The notes under the pieces: model-generated
What the model saw: only the letters and a program-made list of their open reading frames with translations
Databases searched by the model: none
Told to the model about the DNA's origin: nothing
Shown here: positions 27,881 through 37,849 of the stretch, in pieces
Numbering within the stretch: the stretch's first letter is position 1
Layout of the letters: the number at the start of each line of letters is the position of its first letter
Source of the DNA: Candidatus Sericytochromatia bacterium
GTDB lineage: Bacteria; Cyanobacteriota; Sericytochromatia; S15B-MN24; JAQBPE01
Length of the DNA: 64,000 bases
Assembly (NCBI GenBank): GCA_035285125.1
Contig: JAYKHR010000045.1
Span: 1 to 64,000, forward strand
Direction of reading: 5' to 3'
Made by a program: the position numbers and the translations under genes

Positions 27881-28693
27881 ATGCGCGCCTTCGACACGGT
27901 CACGGACTACCACGTCCACATCGAGCGTGGCCCCTACACGCAGGAGTGGCTGGAGACGTTCGTGGCTTCCTCCCGCAAGGCCGGCGTGACCGAGCTCGGC
28001 ATCTCGGAGCATGCCTACCGCTTCCATCAGACCAAGCACCTGCTGTGGAATCCCTGGGTGGAGCGCAAGAAGACCGAGGACCTCGACGCCTACCTCGGCC
28101 TGTTGCTGGATGCTCGCGCCCGCGGCATCCAGCTCAAGATCGGCATCGAGATGGACTACATGCCCGACAACGGCGAGGCGATGAAGCGCTTCCTGGCGGA
28201 GCACCCGTTCGACTACGCCATTGGCTCCGTGCACTGGCTCGGGGGCTTCGGCTTCGACCTCGATGAGATGCGCGACCACTGGGAGCGCGGGGACGTGGAG
28301 GAAATCCACGACACCTACTTCGGCATCCTGGAGCAGATGATCGAGGAGCGCCCCGTCGACATCATCGGCCATGCCGACGTGATCAAGGTCTTCGGCTTCC
28401 ATGCCCCGCGCGTGGCCATGGCGTGGTACAGGCGCCTGACGCCGAAAATCAAGGCCAGCGGGATGGCCGTCGAGGTCAGCACGGCGGGCTGGCGCAAGCC
28501 GGTTCGCGAGATCTACCCGGCCCCCGAATGGCTCGCCATGCTCGTGGAGGCGGAGGTGCCGCTCGTGCTCTGCTCGGACGCCCACCGTCCCGAAGATGTC
28601 GGGGCGGGCTACGCCCAGGCGCTGGACCTTCTGCGTGCCCTGGGCGTGCGACGGTTGCACACGGTCACAGCCCGGACGTTGCAGCCCGCCTGA
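27881..28693 (+). CDS. PHP-family histidinol-phosphatase-like (HisJ/HisK family)
   Basis: DYHVH, GISEH, GIEMDY, GSVH, IIGHAD, SDAHRP. Confidence 0.85.
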   Translation: MRAFDTVTDYHVHIERGPYTQEWLETFVASSRKAGVTELGISEHAYRFHQTKHLLWNPWVERKKTEDLDAYLGLLLDARARGIQLKIGIEMDYMPDNGEAMKRFLAEHPFDYAIGSVHWLGGFGFDLDEMRDHWERGDVEEIHDTYFGILEQMIEERPVDIIGHADVIKVFGFHAPRVAMAWYRRLTPKIKASGMAVEVSTAGWRKPVREIYPAPEWLAMLVEAEVPLVLCSDAHRPEDVGAGYAQALDLLRALGVRRLHTVTARTLQPA

Positions 28694-28849
28694 ACCTGAC
28701 ACCGGACACCAGACGGACACCGAGCCCGGCACGCCAGCGCCGTGGCGGGGCGCCCTTGCCCACTTGACGGTCCGGCCCGCGGAAACAATTTATAATCCTG
28801 GCTATCTGGAATTTTTAGGCCTATGCCGTGCGGGACCCGACAGGGGCCC

Positions 28850-31800
28850 TCACGTCAGGAGGTAGGTCAGGTCCTCCAGCGTCAGCTCGGCGCCGAGATC
28901 CGAGCCCCCAAGCACGTCCTGCACGATCTGCCGCTTCTGACCCTGAAGGCTCAACACCTTCTCCTCGACGGTGCCGCGGGCGATCATCTTGTAGCTGAAG
29001 ACGTGCCGGGTCTGGCCGATGCGGTGGGCCCGGTCCGTGGCCTGGTCCTCCACGGCGGGGTTCCACCACGGATCGAAGTGGATGACGTAGTCGGCCCCCG
29101 TGAGGTTGAGGCCGGTGCCACCTGCCTTCAGGCTGATAAGGAACACGGGCGTGTCGTCCTGGTTGAACCGCTGCACGCGCTCGAGGCGGTCGCGGGTCTG
29201 GCCGTCGAGGTAGGCGTACCGGATGTCCTCGGCCTCCAAGGCCTCCCGCAGGAGGGCCAGCATCTTCACGAACTGCGAGAAGACGAGCACGCGATGGCCC
29301 TCTGCCAGCATCTCCCGCAGGAGCTCCATGAAGTGCTCCACCTTCGCGGAGGGCACGTGGCTGTCGTCCCGCAGCACCAGGCGCGGATCGCAGGCGACCT
29401 GCCGGAGCCTCAACAGGCCCTCCAGCACGTGGAAGTGGGCCCGTCGCAAGCCCCGCGAGCGCACCTCGGCGAAGATGTGGCCCCGCACGGCAGCCAGCGT
29501 GTCGTCGTAGAGCTTGCGCTGCTCGGGCCCGAGCTCGCAGTACGAAACGATCTCGCTGCGCGGTGGCAGGTCGGTGGCGACGTCCTGCTTGAGCCGGCGC
29601 AGCAAAAACGGCCTCGTCATCCGGCGCAGGCGCTCACGCGCGAGCTCGGCGTCCTCGGGGTCGGGCTTGAAGTAGGTCTGCCGGAAGTGCCGCTCGTTGC
29701 CGAGCAGCCCGGGCATCAGGTAGTTGAACAGGCTCCAGAACTCCAGCAGGTTGTTCTCGATCGGGGTGCCCGTCAGGCAGAGTCGGCGCCGGGCGCGGAT
29801 GCGACAGGCCATCTTGGCCGCCTGGGAGCGCGGGTTCTTGATCTTCTGGGCCTCGTCGAGGATGGCGTAGTTGAAGGGCTGCTCCAGCAAGATGGAGCGG
29901 TCCCGCTGCAGCAGGCCGTAGCTCGTGATGACCACGTCCGACGTGGGCAGCTCGTCGAACCGCGCGTGTCGGTCCTGTCCGTGCAGCACCAGCACCTTGA
30001 GGCCTGGCGCGAAGCGGGCGATCTCCTGCTCCCAGTTGTAGACCACGCTGGTGGGGGCCACGAGCAGGCTCGGGCCGGCATTGCCACCCTCCTGCTCGGC
30101 CAGCAGCAGCGCGATCGCCTGGATCGTCTTGCCAAGGCCCATGTCGTCGGCCAGGATGCCGTGCAGGCCGTAGTCCCGCCAGAAGCAAAGCCGCGCCAGG
30201 CCACGGGACTGGTAGTGGCGCAGCTCGCCGAGGAAGCCCTTCGGGGTGGGCACCTCCTGGATCGCCTCGACGCCCTCCAACCCGGAGAGGAACCGGCGCC
30301 AGTCGACGTCGACGCTGGCGTCCTCGACGGCCTCCAGCATCTCCCGGGCCGCAGGCGCCAGATAACGCGGAAGGCGCTGAACGAAGCCTTCCTCGGCCTC
30401 CTCGCCAGAGAAGCCCAAGCTCTGTGACAGCTGAGCCTGGCGGGTCAGCCAGTCCTCGGGCAGGCGCCCGAAGGCCCCGGAGCCCAGCCGAACGAACCGC
30501 GAGTTGGAGCGGAAGGCCTCGCGCAGCGCCGCCCAGGGCACCTGCTCGCCGTCGATCGTCACGGACGTCTTGACGTCGAACCAGTCGATGCCGGAGCTGA
30601 TGCCGATGGAGACGTGGGCCGAGGAGCGGTTGACGCGCAGCCGGGCAAGCCGCTCCTCGCCGTAAACCTCCCAGCCCTCGGCGATGAGCGCGGGCACGCC
30701 CTCCATGAGGAAGGCCAGGGCGGGCTCTCCCCAAGCCAGGTACTGCCCCCCCCCACGGGAGTCGAGGGGCGTGGCCGCCAGGCGCTCCACCAGCAGCCGC
30801 TCGGCGGCCTGGTCTCGCTCCCAGGCCCCCCAGGCGCCCTCCACCTCGCCGGGCACCAGGGAGCGCGCGTCGTGTGGCGAGACCGGCGACGAGGTGGCGT
30901 AACGGAAGGTCAGGCGGGCCACCAGGCGGTCCCCTTCCTCGGACAGGTTGAGCCGGGGGCGCGGCGCGACGGGCGGGTGGAGGACGGTCTCAGCCAGGTT
31001 GAGTTCGATGGCGGGGCCGTCGGCCTCCGGGTCACCATCTGCCGCCGGGGCGACGGGAGGCTCGAGCAGCGGCCGCAACGCGTCGCGCACCAGCAGCCAG
31101 GGCGGGTCCTGGCCCACCAGCCGCACGGGCACCCCGGTCACCAGCTGGCCGTCGATGTCCCACAGCGACTCGTAAGGGCCTCCAACGCTCCGCACGGGCT
31201 GGTCGGGACGCAGCTCGAGCGGGGTCCGTCCCGCGCCGAAAATGAAGGGGCAACGGGCGAGGAGCGCGAAGACCTGGTTGACCATGTCGTCGCGAAGCGG
31301 AATGCCGTGGGCATGCGAGGACGAGAAGTCCCGGTTGCGGGAGCGGTAGTAGGGCTCGAGCAGGTCGAGCACGGCCCGGTCAGACTCCGTCAGCCCATCT
31401 CGCTTGATGGGCCCCCACATCGCCAAGGGCCTGGGCATGCCCGGCAGGCCGTCTTCCATGACGATCGCGCGCTCCAGAGACAGCCAGACGGCCAGGCTGC
31501 GCAGGTACTCCCGCTCCATGCGCTTCGGCGGAGGCGCGAGGTGCACATTGTAGAACAACACCTCCTGCCCCGGGCGTGGCCCCGTGCCAGCGCTCGGCAG
31601 CACGTCGGGGGCGGGGTCCTGCATCTGGGCCAACGCGACCGCCACGGTGTGCTTGCACGGCGGGGCCATCGGACAGGTGCACGTCGCCGTCAGCTGCCGC
31701 CCATCCCAGGCCAGGTTCACGACCATCGGGGCGAGGGCGCCTTCGTCCACCTCCGCCTGGACCGTCAGCGCGCCGCCGGGCCCCGCCGCCACGGTGCGGG

Positions 31801-31885
31801 GCCCGACGGCGCCGCGCTTGACGTAGGCGGCGCCTCGCCGCAGGGTGGCCGGGTCGGCCCACTTCTTGAGATCCCAATCGAGCAT
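28850..31885 (-). CDS. SWIM zinc finger plus SNF2-family helicase
   Basis: CTCP...CKH SWIM; LADDMGLGKT, DEAQKIKN, TGTPIEN, FSQF, SLKAGGTGLNL, DPWWNPAVEDQATDRAHRIGQ. Start chosen downstream of the TACAAT -10 element. Confidence 0.92.
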   Translation of the reverse strand: MLDWDLKKWADPATLRRGAAYVKRGAVGPRTVAAGPGGALTVQAEVDEGALAPMVVNLAWDGRQLTATCTCPMAPPCKHTVAVALAQMQDPAPDVLPSAGTGPRPGQEVLFYNVHLAPPPKRMEREYLRSLAVWLSLERAIVMEDGLPGMPRPLAMWGPIKRDGLTESDRAVLDLLEPYYRSRNRDFSSSHAHGIPLRDDMVNQVFALLARCPFIFGAGRTPLELRPDQPVRSVGGPYESLWDIDGQLVTGVPVRLVGQDPPWLLVRDALRPLLEPPVAPAADGDPEADGPAIELNLAETVLHPPVAPRPRLNLSEEGDRLVARLTFRYATSSPVSPHDARSLVPGEVEGAWGAWERDQAAERLLVERLAATPLDSRGGGQYLAWGEPALAFLMEGVPALIAEGWEVYGEERLARLRVNRSSAHVSIGISSGIDWFDVKTSVTIDGEQVPWAALREAFRSNSRFVRLGSGAFGRLPEDWLTRQAQLSQSLGFSGEEAEEGFVQRLPRYLAPAAREMLEAVEDASVDVDWRRFLSGLEGVEAIQEVPTPKGFLGELRHYQSRGLARLCFWRDYGLHGILADDMGLGKTIQAIALLLAEQEGGNAGPSLLVAPTSVVYNWEQEIARFAPGLKVLVLHGQDRHARFDELPTSDVVITSYGLLQRDRSILLEQPFNYAILDEAQKIKNPRSQAAKMACRIRARRRLCLTGTPIENNLLEFWSLFNYLMPGLLGNERHFRQTYFKPDPEDAELARERLRRMTRPFLLRRLKQDVATDLPPRSEIVSYCELGPEQRKLYDDTLAAVRGHIFAEVRSRGLRRAHFHVLEGLLRLRQVACDPRLVLRDDSHVPSAKVEHFMELLREMLAEGHRVLVFSQFVKMLALLREALEAEDIRYAYLDGQTRDRLERVQRFNQDDTPVFLISLKAGGTGLNLTGADYVIHFDPWWNPAVEDQATDRAHRIGQTRHVFSYKMIARGTVEEKVLSLQGQKRQIVQDVLGGSDLGAELTLEDLTYLLT

Positions 31886-32226
31886 AACGGTCGCGGCAAC
31901 CCCGTGGCGTGGCGCTCGAGCCGGGCGGGCCGGGCTGGTGGAGGGAAAGCGAGATTGTACCAAGGATTGGCCCGAAGCGTGATCTGCGTCATTCCCGCCC
32001 CGCCCGAGGGTATGATACGGTTGGGTTCAAACCCGCTTCCTGCGCAACTTTGACAAGCGGGCGACGCGTCGGAGCCGCTCCGGCACCCTTTCATTGGGAG
32101 GTGAGGGGGTGATTGGGGAGGACCGAGGCCTCGCCGCGCCGTCTTCTGGTGCTCAGGGCATGGGGGCGTAGCTCACACTCCCGGGCCAGAGCGTCCGGGC
32201 GACCACGGAGCGTGACTGACGGAACG

Positions 32227-32496
32227 ATGGCGAAAGAAGACGTCCTCGAGATGACGGGCACCGTGCAGGAGGCTCTCTCCAACGGCATGTTCCGCATCAT
32301 CCTCGAAAACGGTCACGAGGTGCTCGGCCACCTGGCGGGGCGCATGCGGCGCTTCCGCATCAAGGTGCTGCTCGGAGACAAGGTCCGCGTCGAGCTCTCG
32401 CCGTACGACCTGACGCGAGGCCGGATCACCTTCCGCGAGAAGGTGTCCTTCGGCCCAGGAGGCCCGGGCGGACCCGGTGGCCCGCCCAGGCGCTGA
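32227..32496 (+). CDS. infA: Translation initiation factor IF-1 with a Gly/Pro C-terminal tail
   Basis: [27 protein letters not shown]...[29 protein letters not shown]. Confidence 0.95.
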   Translation: MAKEDVLEMTGTVQEALSNGMFRIILENGHEVLGHLAGRMRRFRIKVLLGDKVRVELSPYDLTRGRITFREKVSFGPGGPGGPGGPPRR

Positions 32497-34138
32497 GCCG
32501 GGCCCACGCCCGGAACTCGATCGCGCCGTTGCAAGCCTGGCTAACCTATCCGGCGAGCGGTCTCCTGACCTCGGCACCTCTGCCGGGCGAGGGTGGCGTC
32601 TTTTCGACGTCTCGGCCAACTGGCTGATCTTGGTGCTGGCCATCGTCAACCTGACGCTGGTCCTCTTCGACTACACCTACCTCACCTTCCGCCACGTCTA
32701 CCAGGCCCAGGGCTGGTCGGCTCTGGTCGCCAAGTATGACGCCGTGCGGGGCATCGAGCCCCACCGGGAGACGGAGGCGTACGGGCGCGAGGCCCGCGCC
32801 GCCTTCGCGCTGCTCTCCAAGAGCCCGCAAAGCATTGCAGCACGCGACGCGATAGACAAGATGCGGCGCCGGTCGACCGACCTCGTCGACCGCGACCCCT
32901 TCCTGACGGCGGGGCTGCGGGGCGTGTCTGAGCGACTCAAGTCGCGCTTCAGGCGCCACGCCTGGGAGGAGGCTCCGAGGTTCCGCAAGGCCGTGCGGAC
33001 GTGGAAGGCCCCCTATACCTGGGCATGGTGCCAGGAGCGGTGGCGCCGCGACCGGGACGCCAGCGGGCGCCCGGTGCCCCTGGAGGTGAGGCTCTGGGGC
33101 TTCTTGAAGCCCACGAACCCCTGGGACGCGCTGTCGGCCACCGAGTCGATGATCGGGTCGGTCGCCTACGCCGCCCGGCGGCAGCAAGCAGTCCCGTCCG
33201 CCGACCGGCGGCTGGACGGGTTCTGGTCCGCTGAAAACCTCTCCCCCGAGAGGCTGGAGGGGGAGGCAGCCTGGTTCGAGGCGGAGGTCGTGCCGCTGCT
33301 GGACCGCAACCACTGGCAGACGTACAGGGAGAACGGGGAGCCGGCCAACTTCTTCTGGCTCATCGACTGCATGTTCTTGCCCGTCTTCGTGGCGGAGTTC
33401 CTGACGCGCGGCCTGGTGGGCGTCAGGCGCGGCGTGTACCCCAACTTCACGCTGTTCGTGGCGGCCCGCTGGTACGACGTGATTTATGTGCTGCCCCTCT
33501 TCATGTACGCCCTGCCCAGCACGCTGCAGGGCCCCCTGCACGTGGTGCGGATCATCTCCGTCAGCGCCCGGATGGAACGGCTCGGGCTGATCAACCCGGT
33601 GGCCATCATGCGGCCCTACCTGGCCCGGCCCCTCGACGCCGTGGCGGACCTGGTGAACGTCAAGCTCTTGTCGAGCTACCAGGATGGCGTGCGCGACTTC
33701 AGCCTCGAGAAGGCCCTGGACACGCTGACGCCGCGCCAGCGCAAGGAGCTTGAGGGCCTGATCGAAGCCAACCTGGCGATGGTCGTCGAGCGCGTGCTGC
33801 CCGACGTGCGACCCACCCTGGAGGCGCTGGTCACGCGGACGGCCCAGCAGGCGCTGGAGCAAGCCCCCGCCTACGCGCAGCTGAAGGAGCTCCCCCTGCT
33901 CGGCGACTGGCCCGAGCTCCTGATCCGGCGGGCCGTGGCCGAGACCGTGGCCCAGATGCAGGCCACGATGCTGCGCGCCGTGAACGACCCGAGCAACGTC
34001 GCGCTCACGCGGGACCTCGTCACCGTCACGGCCCGCTCGCTGCTTCGGCACACGGCCACGCTGGGCACCGAGGCGCAGCTCAAGGCGATGGTCGTGGAGG
34101 TGCTCGAGGAGCAAAAGCGCAAGACCTTGCTGGGTTGA
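32477..34138 (+). CDS. Conserved hypothetical membrane protein (start uncertain)
   Basis: [34 protein letters not shown], and an ion-channel-like segment (FVAEFL...RWYDV...VVRIIS). Resembles, from recall, an uncharacterised cyanobacterial family. Confidence 0.7.
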   Translation: MARPGAEPGPRPELDRAVASLANLSGERSPDLGTSAGRGWRLFDVSANWLILVLAIVNLTLVLFDYTYLTFRHVYQAQGWSALVAKYDAVRGIEPHRETEAYGREARAAFALLSKSPQSIAARDAIDKMRRRSTDLVDRDPFLTAGLRGVSERLKSRFRRHAWEEAPRFRKAVRTWKAPYTWAWCQERWRRDRDASGRPVPLEVRLWGFLKPTNPWDALSATESMIGSVAYAARRQQAVPSADRRLDGFWSAENLSPERLEGEAAWFEAEVVPLLDRNHWQTYRENGEPANFFWLIDCMFLPVFVAEFLTRGLVGVRRGVYPNFTLFVAARWYDVIYVLPLFMYALPSTLQGPLHVVRIISVSARMERLGLINPVAIMRPYLARPLDAVADLVNVKLLSSYQDGVRDFSLEKALDTLTPRQRKELEGLIEANLAMVVERVLPDVRPTLEALVTRTAQQALEQAPAYAQLKELPLLGDWPELLIRRAVAETVAQMQATMLRAVNDPSNVALTRDLVTVTARSLLRHTATLGTEAQLKAMVVEVLEEQKRKTLLG

Positions 34139-34186
34139 GCGGGCCCACCCGCACGGGGGCCCGGCCCGATGGGGTAAGATAGGCGC

Positions 34187-35371
34187 ATGACCAAGCCGCT
34201 GCATTTCTTCGTCGTCATGGCCGCCACCCACGGCCTCTATGCAGAGTCGTTCCTTCGCGAACTCAAGCGCCAGGGGCACCGCGTGGTGGTGCTGACGCGG
34301 GCGGACGCGCTGGGCTACGACTGGCCGCGGGACCTGATGGACGCGCTTTACGCCGTCCCGGACATCTTCGACCCGCTCGGCGTCGAGAACGCGGTGGGCT
34401 ACCTCGCCCGGACGGAGCAGATCGACCGGCTCGTGGGCCCTGGCGAGTACGACATCGAAATCGCCGCCCGGCTCCGCGAGCACCTGCGGATCCCGGGGAT
34501 GGGGGAGACCACGGCCCGCTACTTCCGTGACAAGCTGGCGATGCGCGAGCGGGCCGCGGGACGTGGCATCAAGGTTCCAGCCTACATCGGGGCCATTCAC
34601 CACCCCGCGATCGCCCAGTTCCTGCAGGACGTGCCGGGGCCATGGGTGCTCAAGCCTCGGATGGCCGCGTCGTCGAAGGGCATCCAGAAGCTCAGCGACC
34701 GGGACGCGGTCTGGAAGGCGCTCGACGCGCTGGGCGACCGGGCCAGCCACCACGTGCTGGAGCGCTACACGCCAGGCACGGTGTACCACGTAGACGGCGT
34801 GGTGACGGGCGGTCAGGTGGTCTTCGAGTCGGCCCACCGCTATGGCACCCCCATCTTGGACCTCCACACGCAGGGCGGCGTCTACACCACCTGGCGCCTC
34901 GAGGAGCAAGGCGAGGAGGCCCAGGCCCTCTACGCCCTCAACCGCCAGGTCATCGCGGCCTTCGGGATGCTGGCCGGGGTGTTCCACATCGAGTACATCC
35001 GGGGTGCGGAGGACGGCGAGTTCTACTTCCTCGAGGCCAGCGCCCGCGTGGGCGCGGGGCTGATCGAGGACATGATCGAGGCTGAGAGTGGCATCAACCT
35101 GTGGGCCGAGTGGGCCCGGCTCGAGGTCGGCGAGGTGCAGCCCCCCTACTCGGTGACCCGGAGCAAGGACGTGTACGCGGGCGTGCTCGCCACCGCCACG
35201 GCCACGGAGCGTCCGGATGCGACGCCGTACGTGGAGCCCGGCGTGCAGGCCCTGCCAGCCAAGCCCCACCACCTCGGGCTGCTCGTGACGGAGGGCAGCG
35301 AGGCCGCCCTTCAGGCACGCCTGTCGGCCCTGGCCGAGCGGGTCGGCCGCGAGCTCTCCGTGCGGCTCTGA
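34187..35371 (+). CDS. ATP-grasp domain protein
   Basis: FRDKLAMR, PWVLKPR..ASSKGI, LERY..G..YHVDG, HIEY, FLEASARVG. Confidence 0.88.
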   Translation: MTKPLHFFVVMAATHGLYAESFLRELKRQGHRVVVLTRADALGYDWPRDLMDALYAVPDIFDPLGVENAVGYLARTEQIDRLVGPGEYDIEIAARLREHLRIPGMGETTARYFRDKLAMRERAAGRGIKVPAYIGAIHHPAIAQFLQDVPGPWVLKPRMAASSKGIQKLSDRDAVWKALDALGDRASHHVLERYTPGTVYHVDGVVTGGQVVFESAHRYGTPILDLHTQGGVYTTWRLEEQGEEAQALYALNRQVIAAFGMLAGVFHIEYIRGAEDGEFYFLEASARVGAGLIEDMIEAESGINLWAEWARLEVGEVQPPYSVTRSKDVYAGVLATATATERPDATPYVEPGVQALPAKPHHLGLLVTEGSEAALQARLSALAERVGRELSVRL

Positions 35372-35376
35372 CGCCC

Positions 35377-36099
35377 GTGCCGCGCTCCACGGACGACTTC
35401 TACGAGCGCCTCGGCGTCTCGCCAGCGGCCTCCGAACGGGAGATCAAGGCGGCCTATCGGGCCCTGGCCAAGCGACTGCACCCGGACCTCGGGGGCGACG
35501 CGGCGGCGCTGGCCGCCGTGAACGAGGCCGCTGACGTGCTGCTGGACGCGGGCCGGCGCGCAGCCTATGACCGCGACCACAAGGCCCGGCCAGCCGCGGG
35601 GCAGCCTGCGCGGCCGAGCCCCCGGTCCACCGGCGGCGCCTCGCCGCGGCCGCCGTCAGGCAAGACCTCGGTGGCCCTGTGCGATCAGTGTGGCGCCCTG
35701 AACCGGGTGGCTGCCGACCCGCGCGTCGTGGCGGCCCGCTGCAGCCAGTGCGGCCACAGCCTCGGGACGCCCGCGCGGGGCGAGCCGAGGGACGCCGCCC
35801 ACGAGGCCCCGCCGCCAGCTGCGGGCAGCCAGGCGCGCTGCCCGCACTGCCAGCAGCGCAACCTCGTCACGGCGGCCCCTGGGGCAGCCCAGCGCTGCCT
35901 GGGCTGCGGCGAGACCTTCCGACCCGACGAGGCCCACGAGGGTGAGCGGCTCGGCGACCTGTTGGGTGACGTCAGCCGGGCGATCTTCGGCGCCGAGGGG
36001 CGCAAGGCCTCGGCCCGGGGCCTGGCCTACGTGGAGGATCAGCTGCGGGCCCTGGCCGACGAGGCGCGGAGGCGCCGCGAGGCCCTGGAGCGCGACTGA
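35377..36099 (+). CDS. J-domain protein with two zinc ribbons
   Basis: FYERLGV...IKAAYRALAKRLHPD; CDQC..CSQC and CPHC..CLGC. GTG start inferred. Confidence 0.8.
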   Translation: MPRSTDDFYERLGVSPAASEREIKAAYRALAKRLHPDLGGDAAALAAVNEAADVLLDAGRRAAYDRDHKARPAAGQPARPSPRSTGGASPRPPSGKTSVALCDQCGALNRVAADPRVVAARCSQCGHSLGTPARGEPRDAAHEAPPPAAGSQARCPHCQQRNLVTAAPGAAQRCLGCGETFRPDEAHEGERLGDLLGDVSRAIFGAEGRKASARGLAYVEDQLRALADEARRRREALERD

Positions 36100-36107
36100 G
36101 GGCGGGC

Positions 36108-36956
36108 TCACGCTGGGCGGCGGGAGAGCCACCTCAGCCGCCACGCCCGGCCGGCGGCCACCAGCAAGAACCCCGCGAGGCCGAGCGTGGCCGTCACCCC
36201 GGCCGGGCTGGCGTTGAGCCAGACGGCCACGGCCATCCCTGCGACCGCCTCGCCCGCAGCCAGCGCGACGGCCCCCGCCAGCACGCCGGGCAGCCGTCGG
36301 GCCAGCAACATGGCCGTCGCGCCCGGCGTGATGAAGAAGGCGATGGCGAGCACGATGCCGACGGCCCGCAGGGCCGCCACGGTGGCCAGCGCGACGAGGG
36401 TCAGCAGCGTGAGGTGGAGCAGGCCAGTCGGGACGCCAGCCACCTCTGCGTGGACGGGGTCGAAGGTGGCGGCGACCAACGGGCGGTAGGCCAAGGCGCC
36501 CGCGAGGAGCGTGACCGCAAGCAGGATGCCTGCAACGACGAGGCTCTCGGGCCGGGAGGCCAGGGGCTCCCCGTAGACCACGCAGCCGGGGTCGAGGTCG
36601 AGCCCGCGCACGGCGGAGACCATGACGATGCCCGTGGCGAAGAGGGCCGAGAAGGAGACGCCCATGGCCGCGTCCTCCTTGAGCCGGGTGTGCCGGGTGA
36701 TCCACCCCGTCATCCCGACGCAAGCAAGCCCAGAGGCCACCGCCCCGGTCAGGAAGGCGACGACGGAGTAGCCCCCCACCAGCCAGCCGAGCACCACGCC
36801 CGGCAGCACGGAGTGGCTGACGGCGTCCGCCAGCAGGCTGAGCCGCCGCAGGATCAGGAACACGCCGACGAGACTGCACAGCACGCCCACCACGACGACC
36901 TGCAGCGTGGCGTGCCAGAACCAGGGGGCCGTGAGGCTGGACGACCACTCAGGCAC
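36108..36956 (-). CDS. Mn/Zn/Fe ABC transporter permease (TroD/MntD-like)
   Basis: ILRRLSLLADAVSHSVLPG, EDAAMG, TFDPVHA. GTG start overlaps the upstream permease stop. Confidence 0.9.
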   Translation of the reverse strand: MPEWSSSLTAPWFWHATLQVVVVGVLCSLVGVFLILRRLSLLADAVSHSVLPGVVLGWLVGGYSVVAFLTGAVASGLACVGMTGWITRHTRLKEDAAMGVSFSALFATGIVMVSAVRGLDLDPGCVVYGEPLASRPESLVVAGILLAVTLLAGALAYRPLVAATFDPVHAEVAGVPTGLLHLTLLTLVALATVAALRAVGIVLAIAFFITPGATAMLLARRLPGVLAGAVALAAGEAVAGMAVAVWLNASPAGVTATLGLAGFLLVAAGRAWRLRWLSRRPA

Positions 36957-37842
36957 GGGCGGCAGGCCCTCCCGGGCGCAGCCGCCGGCGCGTGGTGTGC
37001 ACGACCAGGGCCAGAGCGAACTCACAGGCCGCCGCCAGGACGATGGAGGCCCCGCTGGCCCAGCCGCAGAGGTGGCTGAGGGCCAGCCCGCCGAAGGCGG
37101 CAAGGCCACCGACCAGGCCCGCCAGCGCCAGCATGGGGCCGAACCGATCCACGAGCAGGAAGGCCGTGGCCCCGGGAATCACGAGCAGGGCCACCACGAG
37201 CAGGGCGCCCACGATCGGCAGGCTCACGACGACGGTGCCCGTGAGCGCCAGCATCAGGGCTGCTGTCAGGGCCAAGACGGGCAGCCCACGCGCTGCAGCG
37301 CCCTCAGGGTCGAAGGTCAGCAGCTGGAGGGGGCGCCACCCGAGGGCCAGCAGCAGAAGCGTCCCGGCGAGCAACACCGCAGCCCTGGCGACGTCGTCGG
37401 GCCCGATGCCGAGGGCCTGGCCGAACAGGAGGCTCGTCACGCCTCCCGAGCCCACCTGACGCGTGCTCAGGATGGCGACGCCGAGCCCGAACATCCCCGT
37501 GAACACCACGCCGATGGCGGTGTCGGGGCGGTGGCGGGTGATCCGCGGGATCACGGCCACCAGGCCCGCCGCCACGAGGCCGGCCACCAGCGCCCCGCCG
37601 AAGATGGCGGGGTAGGACCACCCGCCAAGCACCCAACCAAGCAGCACGCCCGGCAGGACGGCGTGGCCGAGGGCGTCGCCGAACAGCGCGAGGCGGCGAA
37701 GGATGATGAAGCAGCCCAGCACGCCGCACGACACGCCGATCAGCGCCGTGCCCGCCAGGCTGAGGCGCAGGAAGTCGGGCTGCAGCGTGAGCAGCTCCCA
37801 CAGGGAAGAGAGCCAGGCTGGCTCGACGGGGCTCGCCATCAC
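36949..37842 (-). CDS. Mn/Zn/Fe ABC transporter permease (TroC/MntC-like)
   Basis: ILRRLALFGDALGHAVLPG, DTAIG, LLFG, TFDPEGA. Confidence 0.9.
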   Translation of the reverse strand: MMASPVEPAWLSSLWELLTLQPDFLRLSLAGTALIGVSCGVLGCFIILRRLALFGDALGHAVLPGVLLGWVLGGWSYPAIFGGALVAGLVAAGLVAVIPRITRHRPDTAIGVVFTGMFGLGVAILSTRQVGSGGVTSLLFGQALGIGPDDVARAAVLLAGTLLLLALGWRPLQLLTFDPEGAAARGLPVLALTAALMLALTGTVVVSLPIVGALLVVALLVIPGATAFLLVDRFGPMLALAGLVGGLAAFGGLALSHLCGWASGASIVLAAACEFALALVVHTTRRRLRPGGPAARA

Positions 37843-37849
37843 GAGGCCC

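Noticed and set aside
28850..31885. SNF2 helicase as part of a defence system
   Set aside because: Stand-alone SWIM-SNF2 among housekeeping genes, with no methylase, nuclease or other defence partner.
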